IMG/VR virus record: IMGVR_UViG_3300032251_000001
Location: 1 to 64,000 of that record
Source: a virus
DNA: 64,000 bases
Reading direction: 5' to 3' (one strand)
A program made the translations under genes and the position numbers. Below are positions 44,099 to 53,567 of this stretch, one piece after another (position 1 is the first letter of the stretch; every line of letters starts with the position of its first letter). Under the pieces are notes generated by a model. The model searched no databases. It worked only from the letters and a program-made list of their open reading frames with translations, and was not told the DNA's origin.

Positions 44099-44953
44099 TT
44101 AACCATTATAGTTAACTTGTGTAAATATTTGGTCAGATAACTGTGACTTACCTTTTTTCTTTAACTCTTTGTTAATTGTAGATAAGATTGCATAAGCCAT
44201 ATAGTGGTCAGTTGGAATACGACTATTATATTTGATATTCTTAAAATCAGACTGTGTCTTATTACACTTTAACATTAAGTTTTCCATATCAGCATTATAT
44301 AATGCTTCCTTAACATCTGCATAATTTTCTTTAACAAAGTCTTTATAAGTTTTAACAAATACAGACATTCCACCAATATACTTTCCTAATGCAGCTTCTC
44401 TTCTACCTTTCCATGCGTCTTTTAATAATTTGAAAACATTATTAAGATGTCTTTCACCTTCGATACTATAAATATCATAAGGTTTAATTAATGCATAGAT
44501 TGAGTTCACTTCTTTATTAGATTTGTCTTCATCCCAATTTAAAGTGAATCCATACTTTTGAACTATGTCATTGAACTTAACTAAGTATGGGTCGCCAGCT
44601 CTATATCTTGCTTTAAGTTTAGCTCTGTTAGATGGTTGCTTTTGCTCTTCATTTAAGTAAACGAATAAGAATGCTTCTTCATTAACTGTAAGACTTTCAT
44701 TAAGTACTTTACATAACATTTCAGTTTTCTCTAAATAAAGGTTAGCAGCTACAGTATGTTGCCCATCCACTATTGCAATATCTCCATTAGCTCTAACATT
44801 TAGAACTGGTGGATTCTCAGCAATAGTTAAGTAATTCTTTGCAATCCTCTCAACTCTAGCCATATCCAATGGACGTTGGTAAAGTTTGTCAGATGTTAGA
44901 TTAGTGATATCCATTAATTTTACTTCAAATTCTGTGTTAAATTTTGTTTTCAT
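44099..44953 (-). CDS. ParB/Srx-like N-terminal domain protein (DUF6551-like)
   Basis: YQRPLDMARVERIA...PPVLNVR...IVDGQHT. Confidence 0.75.
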   Translation of the reverse strand: MKTKFNTEFEVKLMDITNLTSDKLYQRPLDMARVERIAKNYLTIAENPPVLNVRANGDIAIVDGQHTVAANLYLEKTEMLCKVLNESLTVNEEAFLFVYLNEEQKQPSNRAKLKARYRAGDPYLVKFNDIVQKYGFTLNWDEDKSNKEVNSIYALIKPYDIYSIEGERHLNNVFKLLKDAWKGRREAALGKYIGGMSVFVKTYKDFVKENYADVKEALYNADMENLMLKCNKTQSDFKNIKYNSRIPTDHYMAYAILSTINKELKKKGKSQLSDQIFTQVNYNG

Positions 44954-44985
44954 AAAGCCCTCCTCAAGGTTTTAGTTTATTATTA

Positions 44986-45001
44986 TCAGTTATATAATAT
45001 A
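44986..45001 (-). promoter_or_regulatory. early-type promoter TATATTAT-N5-TGA
   Basis: minus strand TATATTAT ATAAC TGA. Confidence 0.7.
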
Positions 45002-45088
45002 TGTATGATTTTCATTTATTTACAAAAAAATTTATATGTTTCAAAAAGGACTAACAATAACATAAATTATACTTTTATTGAAAGGAAG

Positions 45089-45526
45089 GTGATTGTCATA
45101 GATGCATTTGTTCAAATTCTAAAGAAAGAATATTCATTAAATGTTGATGATTTTAATGAAACTGAATCTTCTACAGACTTAATAGCATTCGCTAGGTTGA
45201 TACAAACTCTTATAATATTAGAACCTTATACATATCCTAATATGCCAGATATGGGAGTTGGTATTGCTGATTATCAGTTTGAGTTTTTAGATGAAGTTAC
45301 TTTAAATAGACTCAAAGTGAGTATCAATCAGCAAATAGAAGAATATCTACCAAATAATATAATAAAGGATACTGTAATTGAAAAGTTACAAAGTAAAGAT
45401 AATAAAACTAATACTATAGGTATAATGTTTACTCTTACAAAAAGTATCAAAGGTAAAGATGAAATAATATTATTAATGAATAAAAAAATAGAATCTTCTA
45501 AAGTAATATCTGAAATAATATTTTAA
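45089..45526 (+). CDS. baseplate gp25/GPW-like protein
   Basis: LIQTLIILEPYTYPNMPDMGVGIADYQFE gp25 pattern; GTG start 45089 after AAGGAAG chosen over 45005; late-type motif 45053-45064. Confidence 0.7.
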   Translation: MIVIDAFVQILKKEYSLNVDDFNETESSTDLIAFARLIQTLIILEPYTYPNMPDMGVGIADYQFEFLDEVTLNRLKVSINQQIEEYLPNNIIKDTVIEKLQSKDNKTNTIGIMFTLTKSIKGKDEIILLMNKKIESSKVISEIIF

Positions 45527-45607
45527 TAAAAAAATTAGTTTAATAACTATATATTAAATTTGTATTATTAATACTAATAATAAAAACCACTAAAAAGGAG
45601 AATTAAG

Positions 45608-46831
45608 ATGTCTGAAAATAATAACCAAGAGAAATCAATCCAAGATAAGATTCCATCAAGTCTTCATGACAAATTCAATATTAATCCAGCACAAGGGAAT
45701 GAGGAAGTTGTAGTTCAAGCTCCTAACACATCTGATGCTGTTATTACACAACCTGATATTGAAGTTGAGGAGCATATTACTAATGTTGATTTAGATAGTA
45801 AATTAGATACAATGATAAATTCTAATGAGACTTCAAAGATTGAAACTGTTGCTGCAACTGTTAAAGTTAAATCATATAACCCATTAGATAATATTGTAGT
45901 TGACCTTAACAACCTTGAGTTTGTTGAAAAGACTGCATTCAATCAACAAGATGATTATGATGAATTATTTAATAAGAAGTCTGTATTTGATGTAGTTGCC
46001 TGTCAATCTGCATATTCAGCTTCAATGAGTGCATTCAACATGAATGACATTAACTCTATCACTAATTCAAATGTAGATAGATATAAGTCTCGTCAAAGAA
46101 TGTACAAAGCTGTTTATAACCATATTGAAGCTATGTCTATTCCAAAGCCAGGATTTAATGAATGGTTATCTATTACATCATTTGGTGACTGGGATACATT
46201 GTTATTTGGTATCTACGCTCAAACATTCCCAGAAGATAATGATTTTGATATCAAGTGTGGTCACTGTGGAAAAGAAACACCAGTTACTATTGATAACAAT
46301 ACTCTTATCACTGTTAAAGATGAAAAAGTTTATGGTAAAATTAAAGAAGTTGTTAGTGGACTTAAAGACCCTGCAATGTTAGTAAACAATTCACAAGTAC
46401 ATAAGTATGAGAGAGTTATGTTGAAAGATAGTAAGTGTGTTGTAGAAATTCAAACACCTTCATTGTATGATTATTTATCACTTATTAAGAACACTGATGA
46501 AAAAGTTTTAGAAAACTATGCTGAAACAGTTAGTATCATGATGTTCATTAAGAACTTCTATATCCTAGATGTTGCTGCAACTAAAGCTACAGGTAAAGCA
46601 AGATTCTCACCAATCAGCACTACTGGTACAGAGATGTTAAATACTCTTACTAAGTTATCTGTTGTAGATGGTAAGCAATTAGAGAAAGCTATTGAAGCTA
46701 GAATTGAAAAGTTTGCTATTAACTACTCAATTAATAATGCTACTTGTAACCATTGTAAGGATACTTTAGAACCTATCGCAGTTGACTTAGAAACGTTGCT
46801 TTTTACACGAATCAACAAGGACCAACAATAA
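45608..46831 (+). CDS. baseplate hub/tail assembly chaperone (T4 gp26-like)
   Basis: AAGGAG RBS; paired CGHC and CNHC Zn motifs; follows the gp25-like gene. Confidence 0.6.
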   Translation: MSENNNQEKSIQDKIPSSLHDKFNINPAQGNEEVVVQAPNTSDAVITQPDIEVEEHITNVDLDSKLDTMINSNETSKIETVAATVKVKSYNPLDNIVVDLNNLEFVEKTAFNQQDDYDELFNKKSVFDVVACQSAYSASMSAFNMNDINSITNSNVDRYKSRQRMYKAVYNHIEAMSIPKPGFNEWLSITSFGDWDTLLFGIYAQTFPEDNDFDIKCGHCGKETPVTIDNNTLITVKDEKVYGKIKEVVSGLKDPAMLVNNSQVHKYERVMLKDSKCVVEIQTPSLYDYLSLIKNTDEKVLENYAETVSIMMFIKNFYILDVAATKATGKARFSPISTTGTEMLNTLTKLSVVDGKQLEKAIEARIEKFAINYSINNATCNHCKDTLEPIAVDLETLLFTRINKDQQ

Positions 46832-46872
46832 AAGACAAAAGAAAGTCTAATGCTGAATTTATAGTGTCAGTT

Positions 46873-47037
46873 ATGGAACTATTTGCTGGACAGCTTGATA
46901 TTGATGATATCCTTCAAAAAGACTTACCACTTATTAATGAAATGATAGTTGCTAAACAAAAGCAATTAGCTGAGAAAGAAAAACTTAGAAAAGAAATGGA
47001 AGCCAAGGCTACTAGAGATAGCAGTGGTAGAAAATAA
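46873..47037 (+). CDS. small ORF (54 aa) in the -1 frame of the upstream chaperone; frame open from 46786
   Basis: MELFAGQLDIDDILQKDLPLINEMIVAKQKQLAEKEK...; no SD before the ATG. Confidence 0.6.
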   Translation: MELFAGQLDIDDILQKDLPLINEMIVAKQKQLAEKEKLRKEMEAKATRDSSGRK

Positions 47038-47092
47038 TGATAACTCCTTTTTAGATTGTAAAAATGGATGACGGTCTATCAAGGAGGTACTT

Positions 47093-47476
47093 ATGTCAAT
47101 TGAAATTTATAATATGTTGGTGGATTTAGACGATAATTGTCTATCCAACCGAAATTTTATCTTTAGCTTGCAATATAGTCATAACGGTTTATTGTTAACC
47201 CGATTAATTGAAAATATAGAAAATGAAATTGAGAAAAATGTTATCATTCTAAGTGGATTTAAAAGTAGTCATATAAGTGGAATAGATTTTTTAAATGAGC
47301 AAGAACAGTATTTTGAATCCTGTACTATATCTTTTGAAGATTGCCTTGTTGAGGATGTTTTAAAGGAAATAAATGAATTAGAGTTGGTTAAGAAACTATG
47401 TCATACAGTTGTAATTAATGATGACAATTCTATATCACTTTTTCTAGATACTGAGAGAAGTAAAGAAGAAAATTAA
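47093..47476 (+). CDS. hypothetical protein
   Basis: AAGGAGGT RBS. Confidence 0.75.
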   Translation: MSIEIYNMLVDLDDNCLSNRNFIFSLQYSHNGLLLTRLIENIENEIEKNVIILSGFKSSHISGIDFLNEQEQYFESCTISFEDCLVEDVLKEINELELVKKLCHTVVINDDNSISLFLDTERSKEEN

Positions 47477-47482
47477 TATATG

Positions 47483-47520
47483 GTGGTAGAACTTATTATA
47501 GGTTCTACCACTTTATTATT
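47483..47520 (+). terminator. intrinsic terminator
   Basis: GTGGTAGAAC-loop-GTTCTACCAC plus T-rich tail. Confidence 0.8.
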
Positions 47521-47533
47521 TAAAGATTATTTG

Positions 47534-47545
47534 AACATTAAGATA
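47534..47545 (+). promoter_or_regulatory. late-type promoter AACA-N6-TA
   Basis: AACA TTAAGA TA upstream of the chaperonin. Confidence 0.6.
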
Positions 47546-47565
47546 ATACAACTTAGGAGGATAAC

Positions 47566-49266
47566 ATGGAAGATTATTTAAAATCAAATATAGTGGGTAA
47601 AGAAACCACTAAAGAACAAATATCAAAATCACTATCATTTATTAGTGATAGACTAGCTAGTACTCTTGGACCATATGGTGGACCAACTATAATTCAAGAT
47701 AGACACTTACAACATTTTATGTCAAAAGATGGATACACTGTTTTAAAGAATATGTATTTTGATGATGACATCCCAAGAACTGTTCTTGATATTATTAAAA
47801 GAATTAGTAAGACTTTAGTTAGAACTGTTGGTGACGGTTCAACTTCATCTGTAATAATTGCAGACAATCTTTTTACAACTATTAATGATATATTGGATGA
47901 ATATAGTTTAGCTGCTAAAGATATGGAAAATGTACTAGATATTGTATGTGTAGAATTATCTACAATGATTTCAAACTTAAGCACACATATTACATCTGAT
48001 AACCAAGATGAAATACTTACTAAAATAGCTTCAATCTCAACAAATAATGATAATGAGAGTGGTAAATTCATATGTAAGTTATTTAATGAAATTGGTGTTC
48101 ATGGTAAAGTAAGTATCGAGAAGAGTAAAAGAGAAGAAACGTATTACAACTTAACATCAGGTACAGAGATTAAGCGTGGTTATATTGAACCAGTTTATGC
48201 CACTGAAGCTGATAAAACTACATGTAAGTATGAAAATGTAAATATATTTATGTGTAATGATACAATGCAAGATGATGATATGGATATGGTTGCAGATTTA
48301 TTAAATGATGTTTGCATCCAAAAAGATGAACCATTAATATTCATTGCTAAAGATTATTCACATTCAATGAAATCACTATTCTTTGCTAACAAGATGAGAT
48401 ATAAAAAACTACCTTTAGTGGTTATTGATATTTCGTTAGCAAGTAATGATTCTAGAAATAGATTTGATGATATAGCTTTCTTAACTAGTTCAGTACCTTT
48501 TAATAAAAGAGAAGGTGAAGAGCTTGAAAATGGTAAGTTTGATATCAATAGATTGGGTTATTGTGCTAAGATAGAAGTAAATGAAACTACATCTAAGTTA
48601 ATTGATGGTGATGTAGATGAAAAATCTGTAACTGAAAGAACTGATAGTTTGATTAAGTTACTTAGAGAATTAGAAGTTAGAAATGACCATATTGATAGAG
48701 AAAATCAAATTTATGAACTAAAGAGAAGAATTGCAGTTCTTAGTGGTTCTATGGCTGTAGTTTATGTAGGTGGTAATACTGAAGCTGAAAAAGAAACAAA
48801 GAAATTCTTAGTAGAAGATGCAGTATATGCATGTCAATCTGCTTTAGAATATGGATATGTAGTAGGTGGTAACTTATCAATACCTAGAATATTATCTGAT
48901 GATAAAAACTTTAATAGTATTATTAATACTCTTAAAGAAGAATTATCTTATATGTCAAACCGTAAAAACTTTGATATAAATAAGTTTTGTAATGGTGTAC
49001 TATCAAGTATTAAACATTCATTTGAGTATGCATACTCAAAAGTACTTAGTAATGCTAACTTATCTGAAGATGACATAGTTGAGATTATAGAAGGTTGCAC
49101 TAATAATGACTTTATCTATAACTTAAAGATGCACAAGTATGAGAATGATGATGTTACTATGGTAATAAATTCAGTTCAGACAGATATAGAGATACTTAAG
49201 GCAACATTTTCATTAATAGGACTTCTTGCAACTAGTAATCAATTTCTTACTATAAATACTAATTAG
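47566..49266 (+). CDS. groEL: phage GroEL-like chaperonin
   Basis: TLGPYG, SKDGYTVLK, VGDGSTS, EDAVYACQSALEYGYVVGG. Confidence 0.93.
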   Translation: MEDYLKSNIVGKETTKEQISKSLSFISDRLASTLGPYGGPTIIQDRHLQHFMSKDGYTVLKNMYFDDDIPRTVLDIIKRISKTLVRTVGDGSTSSVIIADNLFTTINDILDEYSLAAKDMENVLDIVCVELSTMISNLSTHITSDNQDEILTKIASISTNNDNESGKFICKLFNEIGVHGKVSIEKSKREETYYNLTSGTEIKRGYIEPVYATEADKTTCKYENVNIFMCNDTMQDDDMDMVADLLNDVCIQKDEPLIFIAKDYSHSMKSLFFANKMRYKKLPLVVIDISLASNDSRNRFDDIAFLTSSVPFNKREGEELENGKFDINRLGYCAKIEVNETTSKLIDGDVDEKSVTERTDSLIKLLRELEVRNDHIDRENQIYELKRRIAVLSGSMAVVYVGGNTEAEKETKKFLVEDAVYACQSALEYGYVVGGNLSIPRILSDDKNFNSIINTLKEELSYMSNRKNFDINKFCNGVLSSIKHSFEYAYSKVLSNANLSEDDIVEIIEGCTNNDFIYNLKMHKYENDDVTMVINSVQTDIEILKATFSLIGLLATSNQFLTINTN

Positions 49267-49269
49267 AGT

Positions 49270-49297
49270 ATGGAAGACTTCGGTCTTCCATCTTTTA
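49270..49297 (+). terminator. intrinsic terminator with UUCG loop
   Basis: ATGGAAGAC-TTCG-GTCTTCCAT then CTTTT. Confidence 0.8.
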
Positions 49298-49310
49298 ATT
49301 TGGATGGAGG

Positions 49311-49505
49311 ATGAAGATGTTAGATAATGAAAAGTTACTTAGAAAGATTGAAGAATACTTATTAAATGTTGAGAAACTAGATTGGACTTTTGCACTATGT
49401 TCAAGTACTGAATGTAAACTTGATTATATGAAAGACCAATGCCCTGAAGAATATGAAAGGATGGTTGAGGTTATCAATGAGGAAAATAAACTTACCAAAG
49501 TTTAA
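49311..49505 (+). CDS. small hypothetical protein
   Basis: GGAGG RBS (start 49311 or 49317). Confidence 0.65.
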   Translation: MKMLDNEKLLRKIEEYLLNVEKLDWTFALCSSTECKLDYMKDQCPEEYERMVEVINEENKLTKV

Positions 49506-50205
49506 GAACGATACTGTATTTACAATGGGTCAATTACTTCAAAACCCTACTGGAAAAGGCTCATCAAATATGGCTTCAAGAGCAAGAATTATAGAAACTT
49601 TAGAACACAAGTATTATATGTTGCTTCGAAAGAATAATTCCTTTGATTATAAGGTTTACTCTGAAGAAGAGAACTATATCTTTGTATTCAAAATACCATC
49701 AGAGAGTAATAGTGAATTATTTTATGATGTAGTAATTGAATTAAAACCATTAACTGATGATGCTAAAAATGGTAGAAATGTAACTGACTACAATATTTCA
49801 GTATTTAGTAATTCACCTCATTTTACATTTACATATACTTATGTAATGAATGATAACGGATTATTAGTTGATTGGTGTAAATCTAAGTGTCATGATATGG
49901 CATTGACTGTTAAACCAAATACTAAGAACCCAGTAGAACAATATGGTTTCGAAAAGAGTATTTATTACGCTTGCTTGTTTATACGAGAAAATAAACTATA
50001 CAGTAAAGCTACTCTTAAGAAAATAGCAAGTAAATTCCATAAAGCTAAAGTGCTTAAGGATATAGCTTCAGATACTGCTAAAAAGAAAGAATATGATTCA
50101 CTAAAGAAATCTAGCAAGAAGAAAGGGTCTTCAAAGAAAAAACCTATTAAAGAAACAAAACCAAGACGAAGACCTAATTTTAAGAATATCCCTACTGAAA
50201 AGTAG
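49477..50205 (+). CDS. hypothetical protein with basic C-terminal tail
   Basis: ATG 49477 after GAGG preferred over 49453; SNSPHFTFTYTYV motif. Confidence 0.75.
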   Translation: MRKINLPKFKNDTVFTMGQLLQNPTGKGSSNMASRARIIETLEHKYYMLLRKNNSFDYKVYSEEENYIFVFKIPSESNSELFYDVVIELKPLTDDAKNGRNVTDYNISVFSNSPHFTFTYTYVMNDNGLLVDWCKSKCHDMALTVKPNTKNPVEQYGFEKSIYYACLFIRENKLYSKATLKKIASKFHKAKVLKDIASDTAKKKEYDSLKKSSKKKGSSKKKPIKETKPRRRPNFKNIPTEK

Positions 50206-50233
50206 GGGTGTTTTTTATCCCATTTTTTAAATA

Positions 50234-50249
50234 TATATTATGATAGTGA
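50234..50249 (+). promoter_or_regulatory. early-type promoter TATATTAT-N5-TGA
   Basis: TATATTAT GATAG TGA. Confidence 0.7.
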
Positions 50250-50363
50250 ACTTTAATTTTATAACTATCTAAGGAGGGCTTAATGGATACAGTAGTAGGA
50301 GATTAATTAGGCATTATCAAAAACGACAACTATATATTTAAAAAACAAGGAGGAACTAAATTT

Positions 50364-52568
50364 ATGAACAGTACTTTATACAAGAGCAGAGTATTAATTG
50401 GTAACAAGGAGCATGTTGTAGTAAATGTTAATTACAAGCAAGAAGAACAAATGAAAGAAACAACGGTGGATAGATTACATCATATTCACATGTTAGACCG
50501 TTCATGGTCAATGAGTAGAGATATTGATAAACTTATTGATAACGTTCAAGAGACATTTGATATGATGGCTGATAATGATATCATTTCAGTAATTTGGTTC
50601 TCTGGTGCTGACGAATGTAAAACATTACTTAAAGGTGCATCAAAGTCTATGGCAGAAGATGTTAAAACTTTATTAGACACTATTAGAAGTTGTGTTGGAA
50701 TTACTTGTTTCTCAGAGCCACTTAAAGAAGCATCTACAATCGTTGACGAGCTATCAATGATGTGTTCAAACTTCAGTGTTACATTATTTACTGATGGTTG
50801 TGCTGTAGTACCTTGGTCTTACGAAGAAGAGAAAAGAAGAATTGTTGAGCAATTAGATATTCTTAGTGACAAGGTAATGGCAGTAAATACTATCGGATAT
50901 GGCTACTACTATGATGAAGAATTACTAAAAATGATTGCTGATAGCAGTATGTTTGGTAAATTCATTCACTCTAATAAGATTGCTGATTATACTGAAATCT
51001 TCAGTCATAACTATGAGATACTATCTGATATGGTATCTGAATGTGTTGAAATTGGAACTCAACTTAATGATGTTCTTTACTTAACACCTAACAACACTAC
51101 TCTTAAGAATGGTGACGTTCAGTTAAGATTCTTAAACAAAACTAAGAATCAGTTCTTTATTATTTGTGATTCAGAGTTTGTATTCTCAATTAATGGAGAG
51201 TCAGTTAGCTCAGAAACAATCACTAAGAAAATTCCTAAAGCATCATTAAGAAACTTCTACTATGCTTATGCTTATGAAAAGTATTATGCTGGTGAAAGTG
51301 ATGTTGCATTAGATTGTTTAATTCAAACAGGAGATAAAGGTCTTATTGATAGACTACTAAATGCTTTCACATCAGATGAGAGAGCAGATTACCAAAAGTC
51401 TCTTAGAGAAGCAGTATTCAAGAATAGAAGAAGATATAAAGATGGTGAAGTGGATGCTTCTTACGTTCCAGCTAAGGATGCATTCTGTATCATGGATTTA
51501 TTCAGAATCCTTTCAACAGGTGAAAACTTCTATGTTCCAAATGAATCTAACTATAAAAGAGTTGGATTAAAAGTTGATGATAAGTTTAACTTATTCACTG
51601 CAACTAAAGACCAAGTTATTGAAGCACCTCTTGATGATTTAGTATTTAATACTAAGCATTTGAACTTATCTATTAGAATGATGATTAATGGTACAGTTCA
51701 ACTTAATCCAAGAGAAGCTAAGAAAGTAGATTTACCATTGAATGTTCCAGCTAGAAGTTACAAAACTCATACAATCATCAATGATGGAAATCTTAATGTT
51801 GAGAAACTTACAGTTAGAGTTGATGATGAAACTCAACAAAAACTATTAGGTCTTAAGACTCTTCCAGAAGATTTATACATTACAACTCTTGAGAACGGAA
51901 ATGTTTATTTAGAGTTTGATTTAAAGAAACTTCCTTTAATCAATAGAATGTATGCTGAAATTGATGATGTTGAAGACGTTTTAAGAATGTCAACAAGAAT
52001 TGAAACACTTAAGGCTAAGCAAAAAGTTCTTAGATATTATGAAAGTGATATTAAAGCTCATTCAGCTGCTGCAAACAAAACAGGTGAATTTAAGTCTTAT
52101 AATAAAGACCAAATCAATGTTCTTAAAGACCACGGAATCAACTACAAAGGAGATTACCAAGGTGGAAGTAGACAAGTAGCTGATAGAGTTCAAGAAGATT
52201 TCTATGAAGTAAGATTGTTAGAATTCACTCTTAAAGGATGGTCAGCTCTTCCTAAAGTTGATGATGTACTTTCTAAGAAGAAAAAGAATGCTCCAGCAAT
52301 GGCAATGCTTACTGAATGTAATACTCTTATGGATGGAGACCTAATCAAAGCTAATAAAGCTAATAGTCTTGCAATTGATAAGAGACTTTCTGAAACGAAA
52401 GATGAATTAAAGAAACTTAGAATGGACTTAGACATTGTTAAAATGGCTAAAGTTCTTACTGGTGGCTGGTGGAAAGGTCTTGAAGTAGATACTAAAGGAA
52501 ACTTTACTTATACTGATGGTATTAATACACTAGTTATTAAAAGTGATAGAATTAAGAAATTCTATTAA
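50364..52568 (+). CDS. von Willebrand factor A (vWA) domain protein
   Basis: MIDAS motif LDRSWSMS, later T and LFTDG. Confidence 0.85.
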   Translation: MNSTLYKSRVLIGNKEHVVVNVNYKQEEQMKETTVDRLHHIHMLDRSWSMSRDIDKLIDNVQETFDMMADNDIISVIWFSGADECKTLLKGASKSMAEDVKTLLDTIRSCVGITCFSEPLKEASTIVDELSMMCSNFSVTLFTDGCAVVPWSYEEEKRRIVEQLDILSDKVMAVNTIGYGYYYDEELLKMIADSSMFGKFIHSNKIADYTEIFSHNYEILSDMVSECVEIGTQLNDVLYLTPNNTTLKNGDVQLRFLNKTKNQFFIICDSEFVFSINGESVSSETITKKIPKASLRNFYYAYAYEKYYAGESDVALDCLIQTGDKGLIDRLLNAFTSDERADYQKSLREAVFKNRRRYKDGEVDASYVPAKDAFCIMDLFRILSTGENFYVPNESNYKRVGLKVDDKFNLFTATKDQVIEAPLDDLVFNTKHLNLSIRMMINGTVQLNPREAKKVDLPLNVPARSYKTHTIINDGNLNVEKLTVRVDDETQQKLLGLKTLPEDLYITTLENGNVYLEFDLKKLPLINRMYAEIDDVEDVLRMSTRIETLKAKQKVLRYYESDIKAHSAAANKTGEFKSYNKDQINVLKDHGINYKGDYQGGSRQVADRVQEDFYEVRLLEFTLKGWSALPKVDDVLSKKKKNAPAMAMLTECNTLMDGDLIKANKANSLAIDKRLSETKDELKKLRMDLDIVKMAKVLTGGWWKGLEVDTKGNFTYTDGINTLVIKSDRIKKFY

Positions 52569-52861
52569 TGTCGTCTTATCCATTAAGACATTCTGTAGAG
52601 GAGATGAAGGAGATGATTACAGACCATCCTCCTTCGACTTTTGCAGGAAGTAGAGAGCAATGGAGAGTTTATCAAATGGATATATTCACCACACAAGAAC
52701 TTGTAAGACTATTTGATAGTGTTACTGAAGATGACAATCCTTTCATATTTATATCCCTTATGAGATATAGAAAGACATGTAAGGAACTTTTAGAATTATT
52801 TGAAAGTGGTGAACATAATAACCTTTACATTAAACGAAAGTATATTGAATGTAGTCTTTAA
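52568..52861 (+). CDS. hypothetical protein
   Basis: TAATG overlap with the vWA stop. Confidence 0.65.
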   Translation: MSSYPLRHSVEEMKEMITDHPPSTFAGSREQWRVYQMDIFTTQELVRLFDSVTEDDNPFIFISLMRYRKTCKELLELFESGEHNNLYIKRKYIECSL

Positions 52862-52866
52862 GGGAG

Positions 52867-53322
52867 GTGAAGGTTATTAATAATAATAACTATTTAGGAA
52901 TAAGTCACTCTCAATTATGTGACTTGGAAAATGATGTATTGAATGGAGTACTTCCAATCAAAAGTATGTTTGAATTACTTAAAGAAACAATAAACAATGT
53001 TGAATCTATTCAAGACAACATGATAGAAATAAACAATAGAGTGTCTATGAACGAAGCAAATATATTTGAAGTTCAAAGAAGTGTTATAGAACGTGTTATA
53101 TATGACCATGTAATGACATGTATAAGTAAAAGTGAAGAATTAGAAGTACTTGAAGAATTTTTAAATGAAATAAATGATATAGTTAGTGCAACTATTATTA
53201 TGCAACCATATGTATTTAATTTAGAAAGTGTGGAAAAATTAATACATGATGGTAGATGTAGTGACCTACTCAAGAAATTATATCTTGAAGTAGAACTTAA
53301 AAAAGTAACAAAAGGAGACTAG
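52867..53322 (+). CDS. hypothetical protein
   Basis: 151 aa ORF in operon, AGGGAGG upstream. Confidence 0.7.
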   Translation: MKVINNNNYLGISHSQLCDLENDVLNGVLPIKSMFELLKETINNVESIQDNMIEINNRVSMNEANIFEVQRSVIERVIYDHVMTCISKSEELEVLEEFLNEINDIVSATIIMQPYVFNLESVEKLIHDGRCSDLLKKLYLEVELKKVTKGD

Positions 53323-53323
53323 T

Positions 53324-53479
53324 ATGACAGAAAGTGAAGTCCGAAAAGAAAAAATAACACTTCTTAAAGCAATGGAAGATTGTTGCCAAAGAATGCTTTC
53401 AAATCCAGAGGATTCAAATTATGTCAAGATGCAATCTGATAAACTTGATGAGTACTTTAATAAGTTTAAAAGTCTATAG
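53324..53479 (+). CDS. 51-aa hypothetical protein (not in ORF track)
   Basis: AAGGAG RBS; MTESEVRKEKITLLKAMEDCCQRMLSNPEDSNYVKMQSDKLDEYFNKFKSL. Confidence 0.7.
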   Translation: MTESEVRKEKITLLKAMEDCCQRMLSNPEDSNYVKMQSDKLDEYFNKFKSL

Positions 53480-53500
53480 TCATTTAAATTAAACAAAAAA

Positions 53501-53542
53501 AGTTAGACCTAACACAATATTAGGTCTAACTATTATTTTTTT
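53501..53542 (+). terminator. intrinsic terminator
   Basis: AGTTAGACCTAA-CACAATA-TTAGGTCTAACT plus T-rich tail. Confidence 0.85.
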
Positions 53543-53551
53543 CTTTAAACA

Positions 53552-53567
53552 TATATAATATAAATGA
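53552..53567 (+). promoter_or_regulatory. early-type promoter, TATATAAT variant
   Basis: TATATAAT ATAAA TGA. Confidence 0.55.

Noticed and set aside
39512-44953. Bacterial defence island interpretation of HicA, SLOG, ParB-like and nuclease genes
   Set aside because: The genes carry phage-type promoters and are interleaved with virion genes of a lytic jumbo phage; no host chromosomal genes are present
45005-45088. N-terminal extension of the gp25-like ORF in the track
   Set aside because: No RBS at 45005, and it overlaps the divergent early promoter; a good SD precedes GTG 45089
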